63,086 nt of DNA from Bacteroidales bacterium (GCA_017480455.1 JAFVAP010000098.1:1-63086); one strand, 5' to 3'. Positions 36,803 to 47,768 are shown, counted from the stretch's first letter. A program made the numbers and translations. The notes: generated by a model from the letters alone, not told the origin.

Positions 36803-37789
36803 CTATTTTACTTTTATTTTCTGCCCCGATTTTATGTTAGTTTCCTTTATTCCGTTAAGTTTCTTCAACTTAGCCACAGTAGTACCGTGTTTTTTCGCTA
36901 TTTTATCAAGAGTTTCTCCCTTTCTTACCGTATGGGTAGCAACAGCAGAAGAATTTCTTGACTTTTTAGACTTCTTCGTTGTTGTCTTTGCTAACTGACG
37001 GGAAGAAGAAGCACCCTTGGAATAAGTTGGTTTAAAGTCAGAACGCGTTATGTGGAACACCTCATTCTCGCATTTAAGAGTATAATCTTTGAAATCAATA
37101 AAATGTTCCGGGTCCATAGCCGCTCCTAAATATCTTATCTCCAAGTGAAGATGAGGACCGGTACTTCTGCCTGTAGAACCCACAAGACCGATAACATCAC
37201 CGGCTTTCACTCTTTGATTTTCCTTAGCCGAGATTTTTGACATGTGTCCGTAATAAGTTTCCAATCCGTTATCATGCCTTACAACTACAAGATTACCATA
37301 ACCATTGCACCATTTAGCATAGCGGACAACTCCGTCGAACATTGATTTGATAGGAGAGCCTGTGCGAAGTCCTATATCAGTTCCGTAATGAAAACGGTTC
37401 CTTCTTGGTCCGAAGTGTGATGTAAGTACGCCTTCCACCGGGCAAGTAAAGTATTTCTTCTGCTTTTCATTAGTTAAGCGTACAGGAATAGAACCTGTCA
37501 TATTTGAATAATCAAACTTATTCAGATAATGGCAAACTTTGGTATCAAAAGACGCATAAAGGATTTCCTCTTCCGTCTCGGCAGCAACATCATCTCCGTA
37601 TGTACCGAACTCTATCAAAGAGTTTCTGTACTGATTTGTGTCTCTGAATATACCGAGCGTATATTCAGAACTTTCGTTCTCTACGTTAGTACGGTTCTTC
37701 ATCATACCCCTCTCATGAACTTGAGAAAAGGCCAGCACCGGCAAAGATAAAAGAGCAAATATTGTTATGTTAATTCTTGTAAGTCGCAT
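36803..37789 (-). CDS. M23-family metallopeptidase with C-terminal LysM domain
   Basis: HYGTDI and GSTGRSTGPHLHLEI motifs. LysM domain (HTVRKGETLDKIAKKHGTTVAKLKKLNG). The start is reset to MRLTRINITIF. Confidence 0.85.
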   Translation of the reverse strand: MRLTRINITIFALLSLPVLAFSQVHERGMMKNRTNVENESSEYTLGIFRDTNQYRNSLIEFGTYGDDVAAETEEEILYASFDTKVCHYLNKFDYSNMTGSIPVRLTNEKQKKYFTCPVEGVLTSHFGPRRNRFHYGTDIGLRTGSPIKSMFDGVVRYAKWCNGYGNLVVVRHDNGLETYYGHMSKISAKENQRVKAGDVIGLVGSTGRSTGPHLHLEIRYLGAAMDPEHFIDFKDYTLKCENEVFHITRSDFKPTYSKGASSSRQLAKTTTKKSKKSRNSSAVATHTVRKGETLDKIAKKHGTTVAKLKKLNGIKETNIKSGQKIKVK

Positions 37790-37885
37790 ATTCCGATATA
37801 TATTTTTTTGAAACGTCAAAATTACAACTATTTTTCCGTTTGACCAAATTATAATGCAATTTTTTGTTTTAAAGAGGGATTTCCG

Positions 37886-38305
37886 TCAAAAAAATTTCTT
37901 TGTTTTCAATCTATTCGAAAGCACATTTATAATAGCAACAGCAACAATACTTGCCAAGACATCAAAGAACAAATCCCAAAGAGAGAAATTTCTTTTTGCC
38001 GTATTATAAGTAATGCCTTGAAGAATTTCTGTACTAAGTCCGAAAAAGAATATAAAAATTACAACAATCCTGCTTATCCTCTTGAAATTATAAGCCTTAT
38101 AAAATTCTATACTGCGGAAAAGAAGCCAACTCTCACCGAAAAAAACAATGAAATGAGCCACCTTATCCGAGTGTTTCCAAAAGATTATTTTAGGAGCATG
38201 GGAAAAAGAACTGCTCGGCAGCAGCAAAAGAGTTATTATTGCCAAAGTGCAAATAACTAACAAAACATAATATGTTTTTTTTCCTAAAAGATATTTATTT
38301 TCCAT
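37886..38305 (-). CDS. VanZ-family membrane protein
   Basis: Four TM segments in a small protein, with a ...DKVAHFIVFF... motif. Confidence 0.6.
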   Translation of the reverse strand: MENKYLLGKKTYYVLLVICTLAIITLLLLPSSSFSHAPKIIFWKHSDKVAHFIVFFGESWLLFRSIEFYKAYNFKRISRIVVIFIFFFGLSTEILQGITYNTAKRNFSLWDLFFDVLASIVAVAIINVLSNRLKTKKFF

Positions 38306-38372
38306 TTATTAAAAAAGCAGGAAAACGAAAACAAAATCCATTTTCCTGCTAATGATTTTTATCTGTTAAGAA

Positions 38373-38753
38373 TTAAAGTCCTATGTGAGCAGAGTATGCT
38401 GCAGAGTCCATAAGAGAATCTGCTTCTGCCTTGTCGTTCATCTTTATTTTTATTATCCAACCTTCGCCATAAGGGTCGCTGTTTATAGCAGCAGCGTTAT
38501 CTTCCAAAGCAGCATTTACTTCCAATACAGTTCCCGAAACAGGCATCAAAAGATCTGAAACAGTCTTTACCGCCTCTATAGAACCGAAAGTATCTCCTGC
38601 TGAAAGTTCTTCTCCTTCTGTGTCTACATCTACGAAAACTATATCGCCTAATTCGTGTTGTGCATAATCACTTATACCTACATAGGCTTCATCTCCTTCT
38701 ATTCTCAACCACTCGTGGTCTTCTGAATACTTTAAATTTTGTGGAATGTTCAT
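38373..38753 (-). CDS. gcvH: Glycine cleavage system protein H
   Basis: Lipoyl-lysine motif GSIEAVKTVSDL. Length of 126 aa. Confidence 0.9.
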   Translation of the reverse strand: MNIPQNLKYSEDHEWLRIEGDEAYVGISDYAQHELGDIVFVDVDTEGEELSAGDTFGSIEAVKTVSDLLMPVSGTVLEVNAALEDNAAAINSDPYGEGWIIKIKMNDKAEADSLMDSAAYSAHIGL

Positions 38754-38818
38754 TTTTAAAAATTATTTTAGTTTATTATTAAATATTACGTTAATATTTG
38801 CCAAAATCCGACAGACGG

Positions 38819-38826
38819 CAAAATTA
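38819..38826 (-). promoter_or_regulatory. -7 box TAatTTTG for gcvH
   Basis: The plus strand reads caaaatta, 66 nt upstream of the ATG. Confidence 0.45.
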
Positions 38827-38869
38827 CAATTTTTTTTATTTGCTTGATATATAAAAAACAAAATTATTT

Positions 38870-41035
38870 CTATTTTTTTATAAATTTAGTTTTGAAGATA
38901 TTGTTCTTTTCTTTCACAATCATCAAGTAAACACCGCTTTTCAAAGAAGAAACATCAAGAGACTCTCCGTTTATATCGGCAGAAATGACTTCACGTGAAA
39001 ACATATCAAACACAGAAATTTTTCCTTTGACACTTTGATTAAAGTTTACGACATCTCCAACCGGAACAGGGAAGAGAGTCAATACTGATTCAGATTTTAC
39101 ATATTCCAAAGCGGAAGTAATCTCGCTCATCTTCACTGCTTGGTAAGTATTTATAGTTCCGTATCCCCAAACATCGTTAGGACATGCGCCGGAATACAGA
39201 GTAGTGTCCGCCGTCTGTGTCAAGATATCTTTTATTTCGTCAGGGCTCAAATTAGGGTTGGCTTGCAGCATAAGAGCAATACTGCCCGTAACCATAGGGC
39301 AAGACATTGAAGTACCGGAAAGCGGATAGAAAATATATTGCCTGTCGTTCCAATTAACCTTAGCACTGTAGTTAAGTTTGTCTGAAGAGAAAGAAGAAAC
39401 GGAAGAAATTATATTTGACCCGGGTGCCACTATCTCGGGTTTTAAATAAGGTGCAATGGTAGGTCCGTGGGAAGAAAAGTAAGAAATCTCAGACGGATCT
39501 CCCATTTGAAATATCATAGTTGAGCCTACAGTTATAACTTTTTCTGCAATTGCAGGTTCGCTTATACTGTACTCATCATCGCCGAGAACAAATCCGGGGC
39601 GCGTATTTTTGAAATCATAACCCCAATTTCCTACTGCCGTTGTCAATGAGGCAACATTCCACGCATGAACTATTCCGTTGTTTGAATAAACGACCAAAAC
39701 GACGTGAGTATTATCGTTGGCAAGTCTTGTCTTCCTTACTTCCCAATCTACCAATGGTCTGTTGTCCAAAGGATACCGCGAAGAGGCACGGTAGATAACC
39801 GTGTCGCCTTGCCCAAGTACAAACCTGGTGTCCCCTATCACTGAACCGTCGGATATAAGTTCTTCACTCTCATGAACTTTTTGCCAAGATGAGTTGTAAA
39901 CTTCTATTTTAGAAACAAAATTTGCATTATTCTCACTCTGCAATGTAAGAGTCTCTCCCCAATAATTTTTTACCGCTGAAGTACCGAAGCCTATCTCACT
40001 TCTTACAGAATCATTCTGATTTTCAAGATTAGAAAAATCTGCTCTTAAATGAAATTTCTCTTCCCCGTTATTGCCTGCCGATACAACGAAAACGACACTG
40101 TCATTGTCAGACATTGTATTTATAAATTCATCAAGCATTGAGGTTCCGTCCAAATACCCGAAATTGTAAAGCCCCCAAGAATTGTTTATTACAAGTCTTT
40201 TTCCTTTGCTTCTCGCATAGTCTCTCATCCAAGTATAAGCGTCCAATATGGAAGTCTCATCAGGAATCCATGTGCAGAATATCCACTGTGCTTCAACGGC
40301 AATTCCTCTGAAAATTGTTCCGGCACCGTTTCCGCCCGTTATTCCTGCAACATGGGTAGCATGATATGCAGAATCGTAAATATTAGATGTATCACACCGG
40401 GCAGCCAAAAGAGATTCCTGACCTTCTATCAGCGTACCGTAAGAAAATCCGTCGGGCGCAGGTCCTTCTGTTCTGAATTGATCCCACGCTGCAAGTATGC
40501 GGTACTCCTCCCTAAGCGTATCATAGAAGTTCGGATGAGTATAGTCAATACCCCAATCTGCAATGCCGATGATTACATCTTTACCCGTGTAACCTTCCTG
40601 CAAATCCAATCCGTCCCATACGTCTTGAACGTGCATATCATATCTCGCTTTATTCAACAGAGGTGCTCCCGCCTTACGTGCAGTTTCAACTTCTATCACA
40701 TTCTTATCTTGGGAAAGTCGCTCCAAATCAAGTGTATTTAATTTTAAGGTAACAATACGACCCTGCCGTGATCCGACAATAGCATCATAATTTCTTAAAA
40801 AAGAAAGGTCATTCGCCGCATCCACCTTTAATAATAAAGAAATATAGTCTTTGCCGTCTGTCTTATAAAGACAAAATCTTTCGGCAAAGGCATTTTTCAA
40901 AAATTCATCTTCGGTTTTTTGATGAGACAAAAACGTATTAACTCCGTTGCCTTTTATTGCTTGAGCATACAGATTGCCTAACCCCAAAGACATGAAAACA
41001 AATACATGAATAAACAAAAAAAATATTCTTCTCAT
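38870..41035 (-). CDS. S8 (subtilisin-family) serine peptidase with T9SS C-terminal sorting domain
   Basis: Catalytic triad motifs GIADWGIDYTHP, HATHVAGI and SGTSMSCP. The C-terminal domain ends ...SGVYLMIVKEKNNIFKTKFIKK. The start is reset to MRRIFFLFIHVF. Confidence 0.85.
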   Translation of the reverse strand: MRRIFFLFIHVFVFMSLGLGNLYAQAIKGNGVNTFLSHQKTEDEFLKNAFAERFCLYKTDGKDYISLLLKVDAANDLSFLRNYDAIVGSRQGRIVTLKLNTLDLERLSQDKNVIEVETARKAGAPLLNKARYDMHVQDVWDGLDLQEGYTGKDVIIGIADWGIDYTHPNFYDTLREEYRILAAWDQFRTEGPAPDGFSYGTLIEGQESLLAARCDTSNIYDSAYHATHVAGITGGNGAGTIFRGIAVEAQWIFCTWIPDETSILDAYTWMRDYARSKGKRLVINNSWGLYNFGYLDGTSMLDEFINTMSDNDSVVFVVSAGNNGEEKFHLRADFSNLENQNDSVRSEIGFGTSAVKNYWGETLTLQSENNANFVSKIEVYNSSWQKVHESEELISDGSVIGDTRFVLGQGDTVIYRASSRYPLDNRPLVDWEVRKTRLANDNTHVVLVVYSNNGIVHAWNVASLTTAVGNWGYDFKNTRPGFVLGDDEYSISEPAIAEKVITVGSTMIFQMGDPSEISYFSSHGPTIAPYLKPEIVAPGSNIISSVSSFSSDKLNYSAKVNWNDRQYIFYPLSGTSMSCPMVTGSIALMLQANPNLSPDEIKDILTQTADTTLYSGACPNDVWGYGTINTYQAVKMSEITSALEYVKSESVLTLFPVPVGDVVNFNQSVKGKISVFDMFSREVISADINGESLDVSSLKSGVYLMIVKEKNNIFKTKFIKK

Positions 41036-41292
41036 AGTTCTTAAATTAATTTTTTCGACGCAAAAGTAATACATTTTTACAATTTATTGAAATAGACTCC
41101 CGAAAAACTTAACATTTGATAAAATGGTTTCTTTGTTTATTCCCGCAAATATATAAATTCGTTCGGCAAGCGTAAGTTTTGCAATGCCTAAACAGTATGA
41201 CGGTAGTTTGATTTTAAGAAATAGCCAATTGATATTCTGACTTCATTTTTTGTTAATTGTAAAAAAGTTATTGCATTTCAAAAGAAATTTTA

Positions 41293-41300
41293 TAACTTTG
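41293..41300 (+). promoter_or_regulatory. -7 box TAacTTTG for mscL
   Basis: Exact match, 54 nt upstream of the ATG. Confidence 0.5.
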
Positions 41301-41353
41301 CATTCTCTAAAATAGCGTAACATTGTTAAACAAAACTAAAAAAAAACAAAATT

Positions 41354-41737
41354 ATGAGTATTGTTAAAGAATTCAGAGATTTTGCTATGAGAGGCAACGT
41401 GGTTGATATGGCTGTCGGTGTTATCATAGGAGGTGCGTTCGGCAAAATTGTTTCTTCATTGGTTGATGATGTGATAATGCCTTTGGTAGGTGTACTTACA
41501 GGAGGTATAGACTTCACAGGGCTGAAAGCAACTATAGGAAACGCAAACATTACTTACGGAAATTTCATTCAGAATGTAGTAGACTTTCTGATAATTGCTT
41601 TCTGTATATTTATGATGATAAAAGGCTTAAATAAGATTTCTAAAAAGAAAGAAGAGGCTCCTGTAGCCCCTCCTGCACCAAGCAAAGAAGAAGTATTGCT
41701 TACAGAAATCAGAGATCTTTTAAAAGAAAAAAAATAA
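41354..41737 (+). CDS. mscL: Large-conductance mechanosensitive channel
   Basis: The N-terminus [37 protein letters not shown] is the classic MscL sequence. Confidence 0.9.
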   Translation: MSIVKEFRDFAMRGNVVDMAVGVIIGGAFGKIVSSLVDDVIMPLVGVLTGGIDFTGLKATIGNANITYGNFIQNVVDFLIIAFCIFMMIKGLNKISKKKEEAPVAPPAPSKEEVLLTEIRDLLKEKK

Positions 41738-41753
41738 GAGCATATCAGGAATT

Positions 41754-43421
41754 ATGGAGACTACAGAAAGGATACAAAAAAATTTTTTAGAAGAGATAAT
41801 AGAGAAAGACCTTCAAGAGGGACACATTAAAGAAATTCAGACACGCTTTCCTCCTGAGCCTAACGGATACCTGCATATAGGTCATGCAAAAAGTATATGC
41901 ATAAACTTTGGGTTGGCGAATAAGTACGGCGGAAAGACTAATCTGCGCTTTGATGATACAAATCCTGTTAAGGAAGATACCGAGTACGTAGACTCCATTA
42001 AAGAAGACATTCAATGGTTGGGCTTTCAATGGGCGGAAGAACATTATGCGTCGGATTATTTTGAGCAATTGTATCTTTGGGCCGTTGAATTGATAAAAAA
42101 AGGTAAAGCTTACGTTGATGACCAATCAAATGAAGAAATAAGATTGAACAGAGGTACTGTCACCACTCCCGGAACAAATTCTCCGTATCGTGATCGCAGC
42201 GTTGAGGAAAATCTAATGCTGTTTGAGAAAATGAAAAACGGGGAATTTGCTGACGGAGAGAAGACCTTGAGGGCAAAGATAGATATGGCTCATCCAAACA
42301 TGAATATGCGCGACCCTATAATGTACCGCATCATTCACACCTCTCACCACAGGACAGGTGAGAAATGGTGTATCTATCCTATGTATGACTATGCACATGG
42401 CGAGAGTGACAGTATAGAAAACATAACTCACTCCATTTGTACTTTGGAATTTGACATTCATAGGCCACTTTATGACTGGTTTATAAAGGAACTTGGCATT
42501 TTTCCTTCACATCAATATGAATTTGCGAGGTTAAACATAACCAATACCGTTATGAGCAAGAGAAAACTCCTCCAACTGGTAAAGGAAGGTTACGTTTCAG
42601 GATGGGACGATGCAAGGATGCCGACTATTTGCGGCCTAAGAAGAAGAGGATATACGCCGGAAAGTATAAGGAATTTTTGTGAAGAAATCGGTGTTGCAAA
42701 AAGAGACAATCTCATTGACTACTCCCGCTTGGAAGGAGCTTTGAGAGACGATTTGAACAAAAGAGCAGACAGAGTTATGGCTGTGTTGCATCCCATCAAG
42801 TTAGTCATAGACAACTGTCCTGATGATTTCGTAGATGAGTTAGACGCAGTAAACAATCCCGAAGACGAAACAAGGGGAACACGAAGAATAACTTTCTCCA
42901 ACACATTGTACATAGAGGAAGAGGATTTTATGGAAAACGCTCCTAAGAAGTATTTCCGCCTTACTCCGGGACAGGAAGTCCGACTTCGCTATGCCTATTT
43001 TGTAAAGTGTACTCATTGCGAAAAAGACGCAAACGGAAAAGTCACGGTTGTACATTGTACCTATGACCCGGAGACACGCGGAGGTGATGCTCCCGACGGA
43101 AGAAAAGTAAAAGGTACTATTCATTGGGTGAACGCAAAAGACTGTGTTGATGCGGAAGTTAGGCTTTTTGACCGTCTGTTTAATGCAGAAATTCCTGATA
43201 AAGTAGAAGAAGGCAAAACATTTCTTGATAATCTTAACCCTAACTCTTTGACTGTTCTGAAAAATTGTAAGGTCGAACGGATTTTGGAAAAAGCAGAGAT
43301 ATTGCAAAAGTATCAGTTTGAACGCTTAGGTTATTTTTCTGTGGACTATGACAGCAAGAAAGAGAACCTTGTCTTCAACAGAACTTGTACACTGAAAGAT
43401 TCGTGGGCAAAACAAAAATAA
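41754..43421 (+). CDS. glnS: Glutamine--tRNA ligase
   Basis: HIGH motif (YLHIGHAKS) and KMSKS-type VMSKRKL. Length of 555 aa. Confidence 0.9.
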   Translation: METTERIQKNFLEEIIEKDLQEGHIKEIQTRFPPEPNGYLHIGHAKSICINFGLANKYGGKTNLRFDDTNPVKEDTEYVDSIKEDIQWLGFQWAEEHYASDYFEQLYLWAVELIKKGKAYVDDQSNEEIRLNRGTVTTPGTNSPYRDRSVEENLMLFEKMKNGEFADGEKTLRAKIDMAHPNMNMRDPIMYRIIHTSHHRTGEKWCIYPMYDYAHGESDSIENITHSICTLEFDIHRPLYDWFIKELGIFPSHQYEFARLNITNTVMSKRKLLQLVKEGYVSGWDDARMPTICGLRRRGYTPESIRNFCEEIGVAKRDNLIDYSRLEGALRDDLNKRADRVMAVLHPIKLVIDNCPDDFVDELDAVNNPEDETRGTRRITFSNTLYIEEEDFMENAPKKYFRLTPGQEVRLRYAYFVKCTHCEKDANGKVTVVHCTYDPETRGGDAPDGRKVKGTIHWVNAKDCVDAEVRLFDRLFNAEIPDKVEEGKTFLDNLNPNSLTVLKNCKVERILEKAEILQKYQFERLGYFSVDYDSKKENLVFNRTCTLKDSWAKQK

Positions 43422-43441
43422 ACAAAAACAACAGAAACAGT

Positions 43442-44068
43442 ATGAAAAGAATAATTTCTATCCTCACGGTATTGGCTTTCATAGGAACGCTTGCTGCACA
43501 GAACAGACACAGGCTCAGTAGCGGCGAACCTTATGATGTATTCCTTTCTTTGAGGGGTCATTACCTTATGACAAGGGATAATTTCAAAGACAACTATCAA
43601 TGGGGTGCAGGAGGAGAGTTTCAATTGGAGTTTCAATATCAAGAAACTAAACTTTCATGGGGTATATCTTTAGGTTATGACAGATTTCAACCTGAAACTG
43701 CCAAAATACAATACCTTCCTACGAAACAGAACTTTGTTGCCCAACAAGTCCCTTTTACTCTCTTTGCCAACTATTATTTTTTCAATGAAAAGATAAAGCC
43801 TTACGTCGGTATAGGACTTGGTGCTGTTTGGGGAAGATATGATTACTCTCTGTCAGATGAAAATTTCGATGACTACTATTACAGGGATTTTGAAGGTCAA
43901 TCAGGAATAAAATTCGGTTATATGCCGCGTTTGGGTTGTATGTTTTCACTTAATCATAAACATGGTTTCGGTTTGGAGTTCGGAATGCAAAGTTACTTTG
44001 CTGCGGATAAACTTCAAAAGCAGACAACTTTCTCTGCAACACTTCAATATACATACATAATAGATTAG
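43442..44068 (+). CDS. Outer-membrane beta-barrel protein (OmpW/porin-like)
   Basis: The start is reset to MKRIISILTVLAFIGTLAAQ. The sequence has an alternating beta-strand pattern and aromatic residues near the C-terminus. Confidence 0.65.
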   Translation: MKRIISILTVLAFIGTLAAQNRHRLSSGEPYDVFLSLRGHYLMTRDNFKDNYQWGAGGEFQLEFQYQETKLSWGISLGYDRFQPETAKIQYLPTKQNFVAQQVPFTLFANYYFFNEKIKPYVGIGLGAVWGRYDYSLSDENFDDYYYRDFEGQSGIKFGYMPRLGCMFSLNHKHGFGLEFGMQSYFAADKLQKQTTFSATLQYTYIID

Positions 44069-44263
44069 AACTGAGTATTGTAAATACTTGAAGAGAAATA
44101 TATTTGTTTCTCTTTAGGTTTTGTCGTCTCATAAAAAGACCTGAGCCACAACAAAACGAGAGTTAAAAATATCATTCTTACCTTGAAAAAAGTCTGTCTT
44201 ACTTATACCATTAGTAATGACAGCAATGTTCCTTATACTTCTGCATACGGACAGAAAAAAGTT

Positions 44264-45277
44264 TCAGCCAATGCGTTTCAAAAAAGATTTGAGACCTACA
44301 GAAACATTCATGGAAAAAAGTTTTACAACTAAGGGAATACTTATGTTGCAAAGCAGCATTACCGTATAAAATTTCCCTCTGTTCAAAGTTCTGAATATGA
44401 CGGAGATTAACCCTTTTTCTTCTGCAAGACAATGAATAACATCTTTACACTTTTGATGTATTGTTTTTAGATTATTTATTTTATCCTTAAAACCTATTTT
44501 CTCGCAAAACACACTGTAGAACAAAAGTTTGAAATTTTGAATCATCCATTCAGGTTTAAACTCTGAAGGGAAAGTTTTTCTTAATACAGAGTCTATTGTA
44601 GTGTAATTGAGCATTTCCTTATCAAAACATTTCATAAACTTACTCGGTCTGAAATCATTTACATAGTTATAAGGAAACACATTTTCATTGTACTTAACCA
44701 TATCCACAACAGAAAGATAGCAAAGAGTAAATAACTTATCATCACCGTAAAAAACGTCAGTATTATACCTCAGATTAAGTTTGTCTATCACTTTTCTGCA
44801 AAAAAGTTTTCCCCAAGTAGTGCCGTTCTTTTGCAGCAAGTCCTTCATCTCTTGATTATTTACCCCCCCCCTATAAATATTATACTGAGGTCGGAGACTA
44901 TTCGGAGTAAAGCCTTCTTTCTCTCCTGTTATGTAGAGTGTGTTTTCCTGCAATGGATTGTCTAAAAAGAATGATGAAACATAGTCTATATCAACCCAAT
45001 CATCTTGGTCGCAAAATGTTACCCACTCTCCGCATGATTTGTCCAAACCAAAGTTACGCGCCGAAGACTCTCCGCCGTTGTCTTTGCTGAAAATCTTTAT
45101 CCGTTTATCCTTTTCGGCATACCTTTGCAATATCGAAGCAGAGCCGTCCTTGCTGCCGTCGTTCACACAGACTATTTCAATATTGGGATAATCTTGATTG
45201 ATAAGACTGCTCAAACATCTGTCTAAAGTTTTTTCACCGTTGTAAATCGGAAGTATGATACTGATAAGCGGATTCAT
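44264..45277 (-). CDS. Family 2 glycosyltransferase containing an internal G9 tract
   Basis: ISIILPIYNGEKTL...VNDGSKDGS...DQDDW motifs. The start is reset to MNPLISIILP (45277). Confidence 0.85.
   Translation of the reverse strand: MNPLISIILPIYNGEKTLDRCLSSLINQDYPNIEIVCVNDGSKDGSASILQRYAEKDKRIKIFSKDNGGESSARNFGLDKSCGEWVTFCDQDDWVDIDYVSSFFLDNPLQENTLYITGEKEGFTPNSLRPQYNIYRGGVNNQEMKDLLQKNGTTWGKLFCRKVIDKLNLRYNTDVFYGDDKLFTLCYLSVVDMVKYNENVFPYNYVNDFRPSKFMKCFDKEMLNYTTIDSVLRKTFPSEFKPEWMIQNFKLLFYSVFCEKIGFKDKINNLKTIHQKCKDVIHCLAEEKGLISVIFRTLNRGKFYTVMLLCNISIPLVVKLFSMNVSVGLKSFLKRIG
44863..44871 (-). repeat. Homopolymer G9 (C9 on the plus strand) inside the GT2 coding sequence
   Basis: Read directly: tat agg ggg ggg gta encodes YRGGV, about 136 codons into the gene. 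Confidence 0.95.
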
Positions 45278-45298
45278 TCTGAAAATAAAATTTTTTTG

Positions 45299-45306
45299 CA
45301 AATGTA
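45299..45306 (-). promoter_or_regulatory. -7 box TAcaTTTG for the GT2 gene
   Basis: The plus strand reads caaatgta, 22 nt upstream of the ATG. Confidence 0.45.
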
Positions 45307-45432
45307 ATATATTTTTTATTAACCTCAGTTTAAGCGCTCTTAAAAACAGCATTGCTCAAAAGTGGAAAACAGAGACTTTTCTTCGATTGCAAACAAATGA
45401 TAGTATATGCTAATAATCAAAGATTTCAAAAC

Positions 45433-45530
45433 AAAAAAATAAAACTTGATTTCAGAAAAATAAAATAAAGTTTCACGCAAGCGAAATCAAGTTTTAAAAA
45501 ATTAAAACTAAGTTTCGCTGTAATGAAATT
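45433..45530. repeat. Intergenic palindromic repeat, copy D
   Basis: AAAACTTGATTTC ... core gtttcacgcaagcgaaatc ... GAAATCAAGTTTT forms a 13-bp inverted repeat, with further units alongside. It lies directly 3' of comEC (minus strand). Confidence 0.75.
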
Positions 45531-45552
45531 TTTTTTCTTTTCAGCATCTATA

Positions 45553-46857
45553 TCAAAAGAGCATGGAAGTTATGTTGTCTGAAAATTTTGCAACTGCACA
45601 AAGACAATCCAATGCTAAGTTTAAAAGCATAACTGCCAAGTCCGAAAAATACGGCACTGAGGAAAAAACCAGAAAAACCAAAAGCCCGACTAATATGACT
45701 GAGGCCAAAGGTATGGCTATCAGATTTGTAAAGATAAAAAAAACAGGAAAGTATCTGAAATAAAAGATTAGTATCGGCAAACAAAAAACTTGAGTTGATA
45801 TTGAGGCTGAAATATTTGATAAAATAGGTATAAAAATTTTCTTTTGTAGATTAGTTTGCAGTAGGTTATAGAGTTTATCCGTTAAGTAGGGATAAAGAAT
45901 AAACAGACCTGCGACCGAAAGGAATGAAAGCAGAAAACTGAAATTGAAAATCAACAAAGGATTGATTACTAAAAAGATGAAAGCTGTTACAAACAAATTA
46001 TTTATTCGGTCATATTGCACTGAGAAAATATCTCCTAAAAAAATAAAACTCATCATTGCAGCAACTCTCAGACAAGAAGGCGAAAGACCGACAATGAAAG
46101 CAATTATCCATGAGAGAAGTATAAGGATAAATCTTTTGATGTAAAATCCTCTGAGATTATTGGGAATAATGAAAGAGAGAAGAAACTGAAAAAAAGATAT
46201 AATAATCATGACATGAAGGCCCGAAACACAAAGAAGATGTGCTAAGCCCGAACGACGGAAGCTCCTCAACAAATCCCCGTCCGCTTCTGTCTTGTCTCCC
46301 AAAAGCATAGCTGCAGCAAGTACGGCATTTTCTTTCTTAAGACCCGAAGAAAGAATGATTTGTTCCAAGTATTGTTTACAATCGTAAGCCAATTCAAAGA
46401 TGCTTGAAGTTTTGTTTCTGTATTGAACGGTGTACTCATTTGCAAAGAGGGAATGATATATCCTTTGGTGTTTCTGATACTTAACATAGTTAAACTCAGT
46501 ATTGAAATTACTTATAGGAACAAAACTTACAAGTGAAGAAACTGTATCCCCGTATCTCAGATTTATATTTTCTTCATTGGGCAAATACAATTTGACATCT
46601 CCGCAAGTTCTTTCCCAAACGCTCTCTCCTTTGATTGATACTACCTCTGCTTGAAAAGAAAGATAATTCTTTCTTTTTGTCTCTTTTGCAGAGGATTTTA
46701 TCACTATTTTAACATATTTATCTCCACCGTGAAGATGTTTTACATAATGATTTCTAAGAAATACAACGGGACAAAATTCATCGAAAACAATTATAAGAAG
46801 AATCAGAACAATAAGAGGAAAAATGATAGGTCTCCTTGCAAAAAAACTTTTCAGCAT
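45553..46857 (-). CDS. comEC: ComEC/Rec2-family membrane protein (no C-terminal MBL domain)
   Basis: ...SGLAHLLCVSGLHV... motif in a polytopic membrane protein of 434 aa. Confidence 0.8.
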   Translation of the reverse strand: MLKSFFARRPIIFPLIVLILLIIVFDEFCPVVFLRNHYVKHLHGGDKYVKIVIKSSAKETKRKNYLSFQAEVVSIKGESVWERTCGDVKLYLPNEENINLRYGDTVSSLVSFVPISNFNTEFNYVKYQKHQRIYHSLFANEYTVQYRNKTSSIFELAYDCKQYLEQIILSSGLKKENAVLAAAMLLGDKTEADGDLLRSFRRSGLAHLLCVSGLHVMIIISFFQFLLSFIIPNNLRGFYIKRFILILLSWIIAFIVGLSPSCLRVAAMMSFIFLGDIFSVQYDRINNLFVTAFIFLVINPLLIFNFSFLLSFLSVAGLFILYPYLTDKLYNLLQTNLQKKIFIPILSNISASISTQVFCLPILIFYFRYFPVFFIFTNLIAIPLASVILVGLLVFLVFSSVPYFSDLAVMLLNLALDCLCAVAKFSDNITSMLF

Positions 46858-46924
46858 TTGTCTCTTTAGAATATTAAAAACAGAGGAGAAAACTTTTTTC
46901 AGTTCATCTCCTCTGTCTCCTTGT

Positions 46925-47737
46925 TTAAATCTTTTCTATGAAAGCACTTATCAATTCTATTAATTTCTTATTTGCAAGGCTCACATTTTGAAGTACCTCT
47001 AAGTGAGAGGGCTCTTGTTGCAGGTTTTCATTGAAAACATTGCTTATTACCGAAAGACCCAACACTCGCATTCCGCCGTGGGCAGCCACTATCACCTCCG
47101 GGACTGTGGACATGCCGACTGCCGATATTCCTAAGTTGCGAAACATTATGTATTCCGCAGAGGTTTCAAAACTCGGGCCTGTATTGCCGACATAAACACC
47201 CTCTTTCAAGGTAATATTTTTTTCTTCTGCCGTTTGTTTCACCAATTCTATGAATTTTTTACTGTAAACCTCACTCATAGACGGAAATCTCTCTCCGAGT
47301 TTTTCATCATTAGGACCTATAAGAGGATTAGGCATTCTGGAAATATGGTCGGTTATTATCATTATATCTCCTGCCGAAAACTCAGGGTTTACTCCGCCTG
47401 CTGCATTTGTAACTATCAGTTTCTTTATATTCAACAACTGCATCACCCTTATAGGGAAAGTCACCTCCTGCATAGTGTATCCCTCATAGTAATGGAAACG
47501 TCCTTGCATACAAAGTACGGTTTTGTTTTGCAGAGTTCCTACAATGAGATTTCCTGCATGGCCTTTCACCGTTGAGACAGGAAAATTCGGTATCTCTTTG
47601 TACGGAATAACCGTCTTGTCTTCTATTCTGTCACCCAAAGGAGAAAGACCGCTACCCAATATTATTGCCGCTTCGGGCAGGGATTTGATTTTTGATTTTA
47701 TATAATCCGCAGATTCTGTTATTTGTCCGTAAGTCAT
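46925..47737 (-). CDS. Purine nucleoside phosphorylase (trimeric PunA/XapA type)
   Basis: IILGSGL, MQGRFHYYEG and NAAGG motifs. The start is reset to MTYGQITESADY (47737), because the track's longer ORF overlaps the divergent gene. Confidence 0.85.
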   Translation of the reverse strand: MTYGQITESADYIKSKIKSLPEAAIILGSGLSPLGDRIEDKTVIPYKEIPNFPVSTVKGHAGNLIVGTLQNKTVLCMQGRFHYYEGYTMQEVTFPIRVMQLLNIKKLIVTNAAGGVNPEFSAGDIMIITDHISRMPNPLIGPNDEKLGERFPSMSEVYSKKFIELVKQTAEEKNITLKEGVYVGNTGPSFETSAEYIMFRNLGISAVGMSTVPEVIVAAHGGMRVLGLSVISNVFNENLQQEPSHLEVLQNVSLANKKLIELISAFIEKI

Positions 47738-47760
47738 ATTGCTCTGTGTTTTTATAGCGG

Positions 47761-47768
47761 CAAAAGTA
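47761..47768 (-). promoter_or_regulatory. -7 box TActTTTG for the nucleoside phosphorylase gene
   Basis: The plus strand reads caaaagta, 24 nt upstream of the ATG. Confidence 0.5.

Noticed and set aside
11679-43421. Functional link between tRNA-Gln and glnS occurring in the same window
   Set aside because: They are 30 kb apart with many unrelated genes between them. This is most simply coincidence.
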